Notes: generated from the sequence alone by a model not told the origin. Positions 15,091 to 22,664 are shown, counted from the stretch's first letter. The stretch is 32,000 nt of DNA from an uncultured delta proteobacterium (GCA_963826085.1 CAWGVN010000001.1:44962-76961); one strand, 5' to 3'. Program-made: numbers and translations.

Positions 15091-15869
15091 TGATAGAGCG
15101 CGGTGAACAGGATGGTGATCGCCCGGATGTTCGCGGTCTGCTTGGGTTCGGTGGATGTGGCTGCGTGTTCGGTGCGCGCGCCGGTGAGCCGAAGCATGCC
15201 GCCCATCGACCACTCGGGCGCGATCCACGCTGCGTAGCCGACCCATAGCCCGGCGCCATAGCCGGTGAACGTCGTGGTGCTGCCGCTGCCGCCCGCGTTG
15301 TCGTCGAGGGTCATGCCGGCGAAGCCCAGCGTGCCGCCCACGTGGAACCCGCCTTTCGGATCGGGGAAACCGTCGATGAATGGACCGAGCGTGCCGAACC
15401 CCAACGTCGCGTTCACGTCCTGCTGTTTGCCGTCGATCTCGAAGCTGGGGTTGGGCGCGTTGTTGCCCAGGAGCGCGCCGCCGATCACCACGCCGGGCGC
15501 CGGCGTACCGCCAATCATCAGATCGAAGGCTCCGCCCCCGCCCGACAGCGTGACGTTGCCCAGACCGTTCTGGCTCACGGTGCTACCGACAAAGCCGCCG
15601 CCCAGGCTCATGCGCAGGTAGAAGCCGGTGTGCATGTGGTAGGTGCGCGCCCGCGGCGGGGGCGGCGGCGGCGTCTCGACCGACATGCTCGCGGGCGGTG
15701 GTGTCGCGGGCGGCGGCGGCGTCGAAGGCGGCGGAGGCGGCGGAACCTCGCGAGCTTCCGCCCCCGGAGCCGTCTGCTGCGCGCGCGCTGGCGAGCCCGC
15801 GAGCAGCAAGCCGACCGCCGCGAACGCCGACAACAAACCGGCCCGAGTCCCAGTGCAGCGCTCTGTCAT
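15087..15869 (-). CDS. Secreted protein with Pro-rich linker and Gly-rich amphipathic beta-strands (small outer-membrane beta-barrel candidate)
   Basis: ATG 15869 (the track ORF opens one codon earlier at a GTG). Signal peptide: MTERCTGTRAGLLSAFAAVGLLLAGSPARA/QQ. Linker: PPPPPPSTPPPPATPPPASMSVETPPPPPP. Alternating strands follow: FYLRMSLGGGF, AFDLMIGG, FHVGGTLGFAG, GAGLWVGYAAWI, MGGMLRLTG, AITILFTALYH at the C-terminus. Confidence 0.6.
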   Translation of the reverse strand: MTERCTGTRAGLLSAFAAVGLLLAGSPARAQQTAPGAEAREVPPPPPPSTPPPPATPPPASMSVETPPPPPPRARTYHMHTGFYLRMSLGGGFVGSTVSQNGLGNVTLSGGGGAFDLMIGGTPAPGVVIGGALLGNNAPNPSFEIDGKQQDVNATLGFGTLGPFIDGFPDPKGGFHVGGTLGFAGMTLDDNAGGSGSTTTFTGYGAGLWVGYAAWIAPEWSMGGMLRLTGARTEHAATSTEPKQTANIRAITILFTALYH

Positions 15870-15927
15870 CACGTCTGAAGGAAGGGTCTGCGCCGCGCCC
15901 GCGTCAAGGCCCCCCGACCAGCAGCGA

Positions 15928-16740
15928 TCAGGGGCGCCCGGTCGGGGCCCGACCGAGCAGCATGTGTCCGTGGACCCACTCGAGCGCGCCCTTCATGCGA
16001 GCGTAGAGCTCCGGGCTCGGAACGGTAGCGGCCAGCGCGTGCGCGCTCGAGCTCGACCCCTGCACCCCCACCAGCGAAGCGTCATCGACCAGCACGTTGT
16101 CCTCCGAGGTCTTCAGGTAGAGGCACGGCTGGGCGGTCATCGGGGAGTGCGAGCCCGTCAGCTGGCACCAGCCGGTCTTGTCCGGCTTGCTCTGGACCGG
16201 CGTCAGGGTCGACAGCACGATGGGCAGCGAGTTGGAGCATTCGATGAGCGTGGCGTTGACGACGTGGCAGTCGCTCTTCGGCGGCGGCTTGATCCACAAA
16301 CTGATGTCGATGTTCTCGTTCGCCGGCGCGGCGGCCTGCCCAAGGAAGTCGGTGCCCTTCATCATCACGCCGCACGCCACGCCGGAGTGACACAGACCGC
16401 CGGTCTCGCGCACGAGGTTCGCCTGCTGCCCCTGCGCGATCGCATACCAGCCGTACTGACCTTGTGCGCCGGTGAACTCGAAGTCGCCGTCGACCATCAG
16501 GTTGTCGATGTCGGTGTGGCCGTAGGGGTTTCGCTGCTCCACGGTGCGGACGCGTTCGGCCGTCTGGGCCGGCGGGACCGACGTCTCTCCGCCGCCGCCC
16601 GACGCATCAGCCGCGTCCGCGCCGCTGTCCGCGCCTGCGCTGCCGCCGGAGCCGAGGGGATTCACGTTCATGTTCCCGGTGCAGGCCACCACGGCCAGCG
16701 GGAACACCGCGGCCAGCGCCAGGATCTTCGTGGGGCTCAT
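15928..16740 (-). CDS. Six-cysteine lipoprotein, copy B (paralog of 18782..19615); jelly-roll/CBM4_9-like opening motif
   Basis: The ATG at 16740-16738 overlaps the stop of the upstream peptidase gene (ATGA). Lipobox: FPLAVVAC. Blocks shared with copy A: QRNPYGHTDIDNLMVDGDFEF, CHSGVACG, SLWIKPPPKSDCHV, LIEC, DKTGWCQL, QPCLYL, LVDDASLV. Confidence 0.8.
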   Translation of the reverse strand: MSPTKILALAAVFPLAVVACTGNMNVNPLGSGGSAGADSGADAADASGGGGETSVPPAQTAERVRTVEQRNPYGHTDIDNLMVDGDFEFTGAQGQYGWYAIAQGQQANLVRETGGLCHSGVACGVMMKGTDFLGQAAAPANENIDISLWIKPPPKSDCHVVNATLIECSNSLPIVLSTLTPVQSKPDKTGWCQLTGSHSPMTAQPCLYLKTSEDNVLVDDASLVGVQGSSSSAHALAATVPSPELYARMKGALEWVHGHMLLGRAPTGRP

Positions 16741-18785
16741 TTGAGGTGCCCCCTCACCCACGCCAGCGCGGCCTCGTACGGAAGGTCCTTGCCCTGCATG
16801 AGCGCCGTCTGCGTGTGGTCCACGATCACGTCCGGCTGGATGCCGTGACCTAGAAGCGCGTTGCCCTGGTAGTCGATGGTGTCGCCGCTCGCCATCTGGA
16901 ACGAGAGCCGCGACCAGTATTGGAACTGGTAGAACGACGAGAACGCGCCAGCAGTCTGGTGCGGTCCGAAGATCTTCACGTCCGGCGCGCCCTTCATGCC
17001 GAGCGGCAACCAGTCGCTGGCCGACCCGTCGCGATCGATGATGAGCGCGACCGGCAGCTTCAGGTCCGGATTGTCGCTGCCGACGTGGTAGAGCGTGCCG
17101 TTGCCCGTCTGGAATATCTGCAGCCCCTCGGCCTGCGTGTCGGGCCCGTCGTAGTCGGCGACCGACATGAACTTGGGACCAATCGAGAGGTCGAACGGCT
17201 TGCGCACCAGCTCCGTGAGCTTTTCCGGTGCATCGATGGTGCCGCCGTTGCCGGCGCGGTGGTCGAGGATCACGCCGCGCGCGTTCTGCCTGAAGAAATC
17301 GATCGAATCCTGGAGGAACTGATCCACCTGCGGGCCGTAGAGCGAGTCCCAGGTGATGCCGTAGATGTCCTCGCCCGGCTTCGAATCGACGACTGCGTCG
17401 CGCCAGTCGTAGAAGCCCGCGTAATGCAGCGAGGTCGCCTCCGGCGAGGGCGGATTCGCCAGGTGATAGGCCGGGCGGTTGTCGCAGTACGCCACCTGGC
17501 CGCCGGGAGGCAATTCGGGCACGTCGGTGACCGGAATGGTCTCGATGGTGTCCGAGCAGGTCATCGTCGAGGAATCGCAGCGGATCACGCTGAAGTTCCT
17601 CGCATAGCTCGTGATGAGGTCGCGCATCGCCTCGACGAAGTCCGCATCGACGTGCGGATCGTCGGCCGCGTGATAGCCCCAGTTCGCGTGCGTGAGCGAG
17701 CGCGCCCACTCGATGGGGTTCTCCCCGTCGACCGCGACCAGGCGGTCGCCCGGGTGCAGCCCCATCGTGTTGTCGGGTCCCGTATAGGCGACCAGCACGT
17801 CCTCGTGACCCGCCGTACTCGGCCAGGTGGAATGCGACAGGTCGCCCTGCCCCTCGACGAAGCAGACACCCAGACGCCGTGGGCTCGTGTGGATGCCAAT
17901 CGCCGAGCTGGTGTCGGTATGCCAGTCGTGCAGCAGGCGGACACCCTGGAAGTAGTCGTTCCAGAAGCTCCACGGCGTCGTCGCCGTCCGCATCTCGTCC
18001 ATCTCGGCTAGCGCGGTGGGCAGATAATGCGTACGCGAGTAGTGCCCGCCGAAGAAATGCTGCACGCGCCCGATCATGTAGTCGACGACGCTGTTCCGGT
18101 AGGCGATGGGCGGCAGCGGGGGCACGTAGCGAGCGCCCTGGCGGCAGCGCTCGGAGACGCACACGCTGTCCGGACCACACACCGGATCGAACGCGCCGAG
18201 ACACGGGCTGCCGGGATCGTAGTCGCCGGCCGGCACGGCCTCGATGGCGTCGACATCCGCCTCGGTGCTGTCGAGCCGCACATAGGCGCGGCTGAGATCG
18301 CTCCCGGTGACGCTGACCGGATTCGACGCGAGCTCCACCCATCCGTCGCTGGTCACGCGCCCGGTGGGGAACATGTACCCGACCTCCGAGTCGCGCTCCG
18401 CCGACGTGTATTCAAACACCGCGCGCGCCGAAGCGCGCCCGTGGCGGACCCAGACGCGGAACACGTACGAGGCGTCGACGCCGGGCAGCGGCAGGTCCAC
18501 GTCGAACGGATCCTGGATGGCGTTGATGTGGACGTAGCGCGAGCCCTCCAGCGCGAGCTCGTCGCCGGGCTCTCCCCCGTGCGTCTCCCAGGCGCAGGTC
18601 TTGTCGCAGGTGACCTGGAAGGTGCCGCCTTCGGCCGTGCTTCCGGAGTCCTCGAACGACTGCACCGCGACCGCAGCCGGATCGAAGACCAGATGCCCTG
18701 CGGGATCGAACGTCGCAGCTCGCGCGACGCCCTGGTGCATCAGCACCACGGCAGCGGCCCCTGGCGCCAGGCTGCGCCAGCTCAT
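16737..18785 (-). CDS. Secreted S41-family-like peptidase with PDZ-like segment, copy B
   Basis: The ATG at 18785-18783 overlaps the upstream stop (ATGA). Weak signal peptide: MSWRSLAPGAAAVVLMHQGVARA. An N-terminal beta domain and a Cys knot (CLGAFDPVCGPDSVCVSERC) are followed by a PDZ-like segment, GLHPGDRLVAVDGENPIEWA. S41 signatures: GVILDHRAGNGGT and VALIIDRDGSASDWLPLGMKGAPDVKIFGPHQTAGAF. Confidence 0.8.
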   Translation of the reverse strand: MSWRSLAPGAAAVVLMHQGVARAATFDPAGHLVFDPAAVAVQSFEDSGSTAEGGTFQVTCDKTCAWETHGGEPGDELALEGSRYVHINAIQDPFDVDLPLPGVDASYVFRVWVRHGRASARAVFEYTSAERDSEVGYMFPTGRVTSDGWVELASNPVSVTGSDLSRAYVRLDSTEADVDAIEAVPAGDYDPGSPCLGAFDPVCGPDSVCVSERCRQGARYVPPLPPIAYRNSVVDYMIGRVQHFFGGHYSRTHYLPTALAEMDEMRTATTPWSFWNDYFQGVRLLHDWHTDTSSAIGIHTSPRRLGVCFVEGQGDLSHSTWPSTAGHEDVLVAYTGPDNTMGLHPGDRLVAVDGENPIEWARSLTHANWGYHAADDPHVDADFVEAMRDLITSYARNFSVIRCDSSTMTCSDTIETIPVTDVPELPPGGQVAYCDNRPAYHLANPPSPEATSLHYAGFYDWRDAVVDSKPGEDIYGITWDSLYGPQVDQFLQDSIDFFRQNARGVILDHRAGNGGTIDAPEKLTELVRKPFDLSIGPKFMSVADYDGPDTQAEGLQIFQTGNGTLYHVGSDNPDLKLPVALIIDRDGSASDWLPLGMKGAPDVKIFGPHQTAGAFSSFYQFQYWSRLSFQMASGDTIDYQGNALLGHGIQPDVIVDHTQTALMQGKDLPYEAALAWVRGHLK

Positions 18786-19615
18786 CGCGCCGCCCTCCAC
18801 GCGCGGTAGGCTCGAAGCGCGGGATTGGGCGGGCGGTTGGTCGGCTTCAGGTACGCCCGCAGGATCTTCTGCATCTGCTGCACAGCCGCCACGTCGCGCG
18901 GCGCCGGCGGACCGTAGGCGATGTAGGGCTGGGCGCCTGTGGGCGCCGCCTGCACCACGGCGTCGTCGATGAGCGCCACCTTGGCCCCGCTGAACTTGGC
19001 GTCGAAAAGCATGCACGTGGCAGACGAGCGCGCCGCAGCAACGGCCTCGACATGACACCAGCCACTCGTGTCCGGCTTGCCATCGGCGTCGACGAGCGGA
19101 ACGTCGGGCTCGCCGGACGCGCGACAGTCGAAGAGCTGCACCTGCACTTCGGAGCACTTGCCCGACGGCGGCTTGACCCACGCGCTGGCGCTGATCCCGG
19201 CGCCGCTCGGGGACACGCCGATGGCGGTAGCCTTGTTGTTTGCCTTCAGGTAGCCGCACTTCATGCCGCTGTGGCACTCGGCGCCGATCCGGATCTCCGG
19301 AAACGTCCCCACGCTGGTGAAGAACGAAGCGTCGACCCACCCGTACTCGTCGCCGAAGGCGGTCTGCCACTCGAAGTCCCCGTCCCAGAGCATGTTGTCC
19401 GTCGCGGCAATGTCGCCGTAGGGGTTGCGCTGGAAGACGGTGCGCTTGACCTCCGTGGGCGCGGGCGGCGTGCCCGGCTTGTCCAGCGGGCCTGGAACGC
19501 CCGTGTGCCGACCGGCGTCGCGCGTCCCGTGCGCGAGCGGATTGACCCGGCTCTGGCTGCCGCAGGCCATCACGACCGTGCCGACCAGCAGCGAGAAGAC
19601 CAGCGCCCGCTTCAT
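18782..19615 (-). CDS. Six-cysteine lipoprotein, copy A (paralog of 15928..16740)
   Basis: The ATG at 19615-19613 overlaps the upstream stop (ATGA). Lipobox: GTVVMAC. Shared blocks: QRNPYGDIAATDNMLWDGDFEW, CHSGMKCG, SAWVKPPSGKCSEV, LFDC, DTSGWCHV, ATCMLF, LIDDAVV. The C-terminal tail is basic and helical: AAVQQMQKILRAYLKPTNRPPNPALRAYRAWRAAR. Confidence 0.8.
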   Translation of the reverse strand: MKRALVFSLLVGTVVMACGSQSRVNPLAHGTRDAGRHTGVPGPLDKPGTPPAPTEVKRTVFQRNPYGDIAATDNMLWDGDFEWQTAFGDEYGWVDASFFTSVGTFPEIRIGAECHSGMKCGYLKANNKATAIGVSPSGAGISASAWVKPPSGKCSEVQVQLFDCRASGEPDVPLVDADGKPDTSGWCHVEAVAAARSSATCMLFDAKFSGAKVALIDDAVVQAAPTGAQPYIAYGPPAPRDVAAVQQMQKILRAYLKPTNRPPNPALRAYRAWRAAR

Positions 19616-21693
19616 GGCTTGAGCTCCGATCGCACCCAGGCGAGCGCGGCGTCGTAGACCGTGTCGTGTCCGGCGAGCAGATCGGACTGCAGCGGTACGA
19701 CCTTGACGTCCGGCTTCACGCCGTGGCCGTTGAGCATCTCGCCGCTGGCACTGACCGTATCGCCGACTGCGATCGAGTAGCCGATCCCGAGCCAGTAGGC
19801 GAACTGGAAGCGCGTGGAAAAACCGCCGGCCGTCTCGTAGGGCGCGAAGATGCGCGCCTTGGGGGCACCCTTCACGCCGAGCGGCAGCCAATCGCTCGCG
19901 GATCCGTCGAGCGTCGTGAGCAACGCCACCGGAACGTCGAGCTCGGGATTGGACCCGCCGGCGAATTCGGTCTCGCCGAGCTGGTCCAGCTTGTTGAACA
20001 GCGCGAGGCCTTCCGCTGCGTTCTCTGGCCCCTGCTGTTCCGAGGTGTCGCGGAACATGAAGACATCGAGTGGCGTCGGCTTGCGGACGAAGTCCCAGAT
20101 CTTCTGCGGGCCGAGCGATGTGCCGCCGTAGCCGGTGCGGTGGTCCAGAATCACGCCGCGCGCCTTCTGCCGCCACAGCGACACCGCCGCGTCCAGGTCG
20201 GGTCCTACGTCGCCCTGCCCCCCCGTCCCGGTGACGTACAGCGAGCCCCACTGCAGACCGTAGATGGCTTCGGTCGGGTTGCTCTCGTCAGCCAGCCCCG
20301 AGAAGGTGCCACCCGAGGAGTGATGGGCACCCGGAACGTGGAGGAAGGGACGATTGTCGCAGGAAGCGCCCCCGTTCGTGCCGGGCGGAGACGGCGGAAG
20401 ATCGCTGATCGAGATTGTCTCGGGCGTGGACGCGCAGCTGCCGCTGTTCGAATCGCAACGCAGCACCTGGATGTGGTCGGCAAAGCGCGCGATGAGCGAC
20501 CCCAGCCGCGACGCGTCCTCTGCGTGCGTGTTGTGGTTGGAGGCCGTCCAGAATCCGCTGTCGACACCGATCAGCGACCGCGCCCATTCGATCGGCTGCT
20601 GGCCGTCGACGCTGACCAGGCGGTCGCCGGTGTGCAGACCGAAGGTGTTCACGTCGCCAACGTGCGAGACCAGCACGTCCATGTAACCGGGGGTGGACTT
20701 TGCCGCCGTCTGCGATGCGTCCGCCTTGCCCTCGATGAAGCACACGCCGATGGGCTTGGGATTGTCGATCACGTAGCCCGCGAGGTCGCTCTCCTGGGTG
20801 TGCCAGTCGTGCAGCCTATGAACAGCCGCCTTGAAGTGCTTCCAGAAGTCCCAGGCGTCGCTGGCCGAGCGCATCGCGTCGATCTCGGCGCGGGCGTTGG
20901 GCAGATCACGGCGGCGATTCTCGAACGGACCGAACAGGTAGTGGAAGCGCGCGTCCAGGTAGCTGACGAGCTGGTCGCGATAGTCGACAGGCGGCAGCGG
21001 CGGAACCTCGGCGGTCATGTTGCGGCACAGGCCCCACTGGCACTCCTGGTCCGGCCCGCATGACAATGGATCGCCCGCACCCGCGCATGCGTTCTCGGCG
21101 ACGGGCGGCCCCGAGACGGAAATCTCGATCGCGTCTACGTCCGCACCAACCGGCGAGAAAAGGCCGACCTGGACAATCTTGGCGCTCGACACATCGAACG
21201 AAAATGCGTCCGTCGCCAGCTCGTACCAACCGTCGCTGGTCATCCGGCCCGTCGGGAACAGCTGGCCGTACTGGTCGATGCGCCCGTTCTCGTAGCCGGC
21301 TTCCACGGTCGCGATCACCTCGCCGCGGGCCCACAGGGTCACGCGGTAGGTGCCTGGTGTGGTCAACGTGACCGGGATGTTGATGCCCTGGTACTGCGCG
21401 ACGTGCAGCACATGACTGCCTTCAATCGCCGCCGGGTCCTTGCCGATGTCCAGCGGGGGCCCGGCGTCCACCGCGCCGCCCGCGTCCCCGCCGTCGGGCG
21501 CCCCGGCGTCGACAGCGGGAGGGGCTGGTAGGTTCGGATCTCCCGGCTCGAAGCCGAGGGTCCACGCCGCGTGCGGGTCGAGCACGAGCATACCGGCCGG
21601 ATCGAAGCTGGCTGCCGACGCGACGGTCGAGCACGACAGCAAGGCCAGCGCGGCAAGGCCGCTGACCATCGAGAAATGGCGGCGCAAAAACAT
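19612..21693 (-). CDS. Secreted S41-family-like peptidase with PDZ-like segment, copy A
   Basis: ATG at 21693 (MFLRRHFSMVSGLAALALLSCSTVASA/AS); the track ORF extends 16 codons further upstream. It is collinear with copy B: FDPAGMLVLDP, CAGAGDPLSCGPDQECQWGLC, GLHTGDRLVSVDGQQPIEWA, GVILDHRTGYGGT, VALLTTLDGSASDWLPLGVKGAPKARIFAPYETAGGF, ALAWVRSELKP. Confidence 0.8.
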   Translation of the reverse strand: MFLRRHFSMVSGLAALALLSCSTVASAASFDPAGMLVLDPHAAWTLGFEPGDPNLPAPPAVDAGAPDGGDAGGAVDAGPPLDIGKDPAAIEGSHVLHVAQYQGINIPVTLTTPGTYRVTLWARGEVIATVEAGYENGRIDQYGQLFPTGRMTSDGWYELATDAFSFDVSSAKIVQVGLFSPVGADVDAIEISVSGPPVAENACAGAGDPLSCGPDQECQWGLCRNMTAEVPPLPPVDYRDQLVSYLDARFHYLFGPFENRRRDLPNARAEIDAMRSASDAWDFWKHFKAAVHRLHDWHTQESDLAGYVIDNPKPIGVCFIEGKADASQTAAKSTPGYMDVLVSHVGDVNTFGLHTGDRLVSVDGQQPIEWARSLIGVDSGFWTASNHNTHAEDASRLGSLIARFADHIQVLRCDSNSGSCASTPETISISDLPPSPPGTNGGASCDNRPFLHVPGAHHSSGGTFSGLADESNPTEAIYGLQWGSLYVTGTGGQGDVGPDLDAAVSLWRQKARGVILDHRTGYGGTSLGPQKIWDFVRKPTPLDVFMFRDTSEQQGPENAAEGLALFNKLDQLGETEFAGGSNPELDVPVALLTTLDGSASDWLPLGVKGAPKARIFAPYETAGGFSTRFQFAYWLGIGYSIAVGDTVSASGEMLNGHGVKPDVKVVPLQSDLLAGHDTVYDAALAWVRSELKP

Positions 21694-21851
21694 GGGAAGC
21701 GTGAAGCGAGTGTCCTCGTACCACGCGTTATCCGGCACCACCAGACGCGGCGGAGGCCTGAAAAACAGCTCGAAAGACTGCGAGCGCCGGTGCCGGAAAA
21801 TGGCGACTGCGCTGGATCATGGGGACCCTGGCGGTAGCGCACGCCGATGCG

Positions 21852-21857
21852 TATACT
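21852..21857 (+). promoter_or_regulatory. Possible -10 element (TATACT) for the Fe-S carrier gene
   Basis: tatact sits in a locally AT-richer patch about 70 nt upstream of the ATG at 21926. The best -35 candidate 17 nt upstream (tggcgg) is poor. Confidence 0.25.
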
Positions 21858-21925
21858 CTTGGGTGACCAGACACCGGTCGTGCGGGCGAAGGACTGCACG
21901 ATCCGCACGGAGGACCAGCATTCCG

Positions 21926-22249
21926 ATGATCTCGATAACCACGCTTGCAGCAGACAAGGTCAAGGACATCGCCCAGGCGGAAGGCCTCGAGGGCCAGGGC
22001 TTGCGGCTGCGCGTCATCGGAGGCGGCTGCGCCGGCTTCCAGTACGACCTGTACTTCGAGGACAAGCCGACGGACATGGACGAGACGTTCGAGTCCCACG
22101 GCGTGCTGCTCTACGTGGACCCGCTGAGCTTCCAGTATCTCGACGGCACGGAGATCGACTACGTGGACGGCGTCCATGGGTCCGGCTTCAAGTTCGGCAA
22201 CCCGAACGTGACCGGCACCTGCGGGTGCGGCTCGTCCTTCCAGGTCTGA
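21926..22249 (+). CDS. erpA: A-type iron-sulfur cluster carrier/insertion protein (ErpA/IscA/HesB family)
   Basis: Internal ATG of track ORF 21440..22249, preceded by ggagga at 21909-21914. The 107-aa product carries the family signatures LRLRVIGGGCAGFQY and the C-terminal TCGCGSSFQV, with the three conserved Cys. Confidence 0.88.
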   Translation: MISITTLAADKVKDIAQAEGLEGQGLRLRVIGGGCAGFQYDLYFEDKPTDMDETFESHGVLLYVDPLSFQYLDGTEIDYVDGVHGSGFKFGNPNVTGTCGCGSSFQV

Positions 22250-22317
22250 TCCGGCTCCGGGCCGTCAGGCTCCAGGCTGCAGTACGGAGCCGCAGCGAGG
22301 TGCTGCGGCGTTGCTGT

Positions 22318-22337
22318 GATCTGCCGCGATCTGCCGC
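22318..22337. repeat. Perfect tandem 10-bp direct repeat gatctgccgc x2
   Basis: gatctgccgc at 22318-22327 and again at 22328-22337, inside the long intergenic region upstream of the sigma factor gene. Confidence 0.7.
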
Positions 22338-22429
22338 AATTTCGCGGCGGTTTGCCACGCTGCGCGCTGATTCGAGCCCGGCGTCGGGCGGCGTCTTGCT
22401 GCGGCATCCAGCCTGCGCGGCCCTGAAGT

Positions 22430-22664
22430 GGTGGAGCCCGGAAAAAATCGACCTGGCCCTGGAAACCTTTGGGCTGCTAGAGCGTACTAAAAATCTAGTG
22501 GACCCCAACCATAGAGGTATCAAGGATTTGAAGGGTCACCGGGCTGCGCTTGACAAGTTAATGTCCAGGACACACTAGGGACATAACAGTCGCGGAGCCG
22601 CTCCTCGCTTTGGTAGCAAGCACTCCGTCACCTAGAAGTCACGTTACGTAAGGTAATAGAAGCC
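22430..22664 (+). promoter_or_regulatory. AT-rich leader/promoter region of the sigma-32-like gene
   Basis: G+C is markedly lower here than in the rest of the window. A perfect TTGACA lies at 22550-22555 with no convincing -10 at 16-18 nt. A perfect 8-bp palindrome TTACGTAA lies at 22644-22651, 13 nt before the ATG. Four CTAG tetramers occur within about 150 nt. The only ORF here has non-genomic, low-GC3 codon usage. Confidence 0.35.

Noticed and set aside
15640-15770. (GGC)n-like simple repeat on the + strand
   Set aside because: It is just the reverse complement of the polyproline linker codons (CCG/CCC) of the barrel-like protein, not an independent repeat element.
22318-22337. Tandem direct repeat as a possible CRISPR or VNTR
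   Set aside because: There are only two 10-bp copies with no spacers. It is far too short for a CRISPR array, and no cas genes are present.
22430-22578. Possible small protein (…WWSPEKIDLALETFGLLERTKNLVDPNHRGIKDLKGHRAALDKLMSRTH) in the AT-rich leader
   Set aside because: It is only the tail of a long wrong-frame ORF. Codon third positions are AT-rich, unlike every credible gene here, and it has no obvious start or RBS. It was treated as non-coding regulatory sequence.
22550-22590. Perfect TTGACA as a complete sigma-70 promoter
   Set aside because: No acceptable -10 hexamer lies at a 16-18 nt spacing (cactag/acacta). It is kept only as part of a low-confidence regulatory region.
22600-22625. 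TGG...GC pattern (ttggtagcaagcac) as a sigma-54 promoter
   Set aside because: The GG-N10-GC spacing of the -24/-12 elements is not satisfied.
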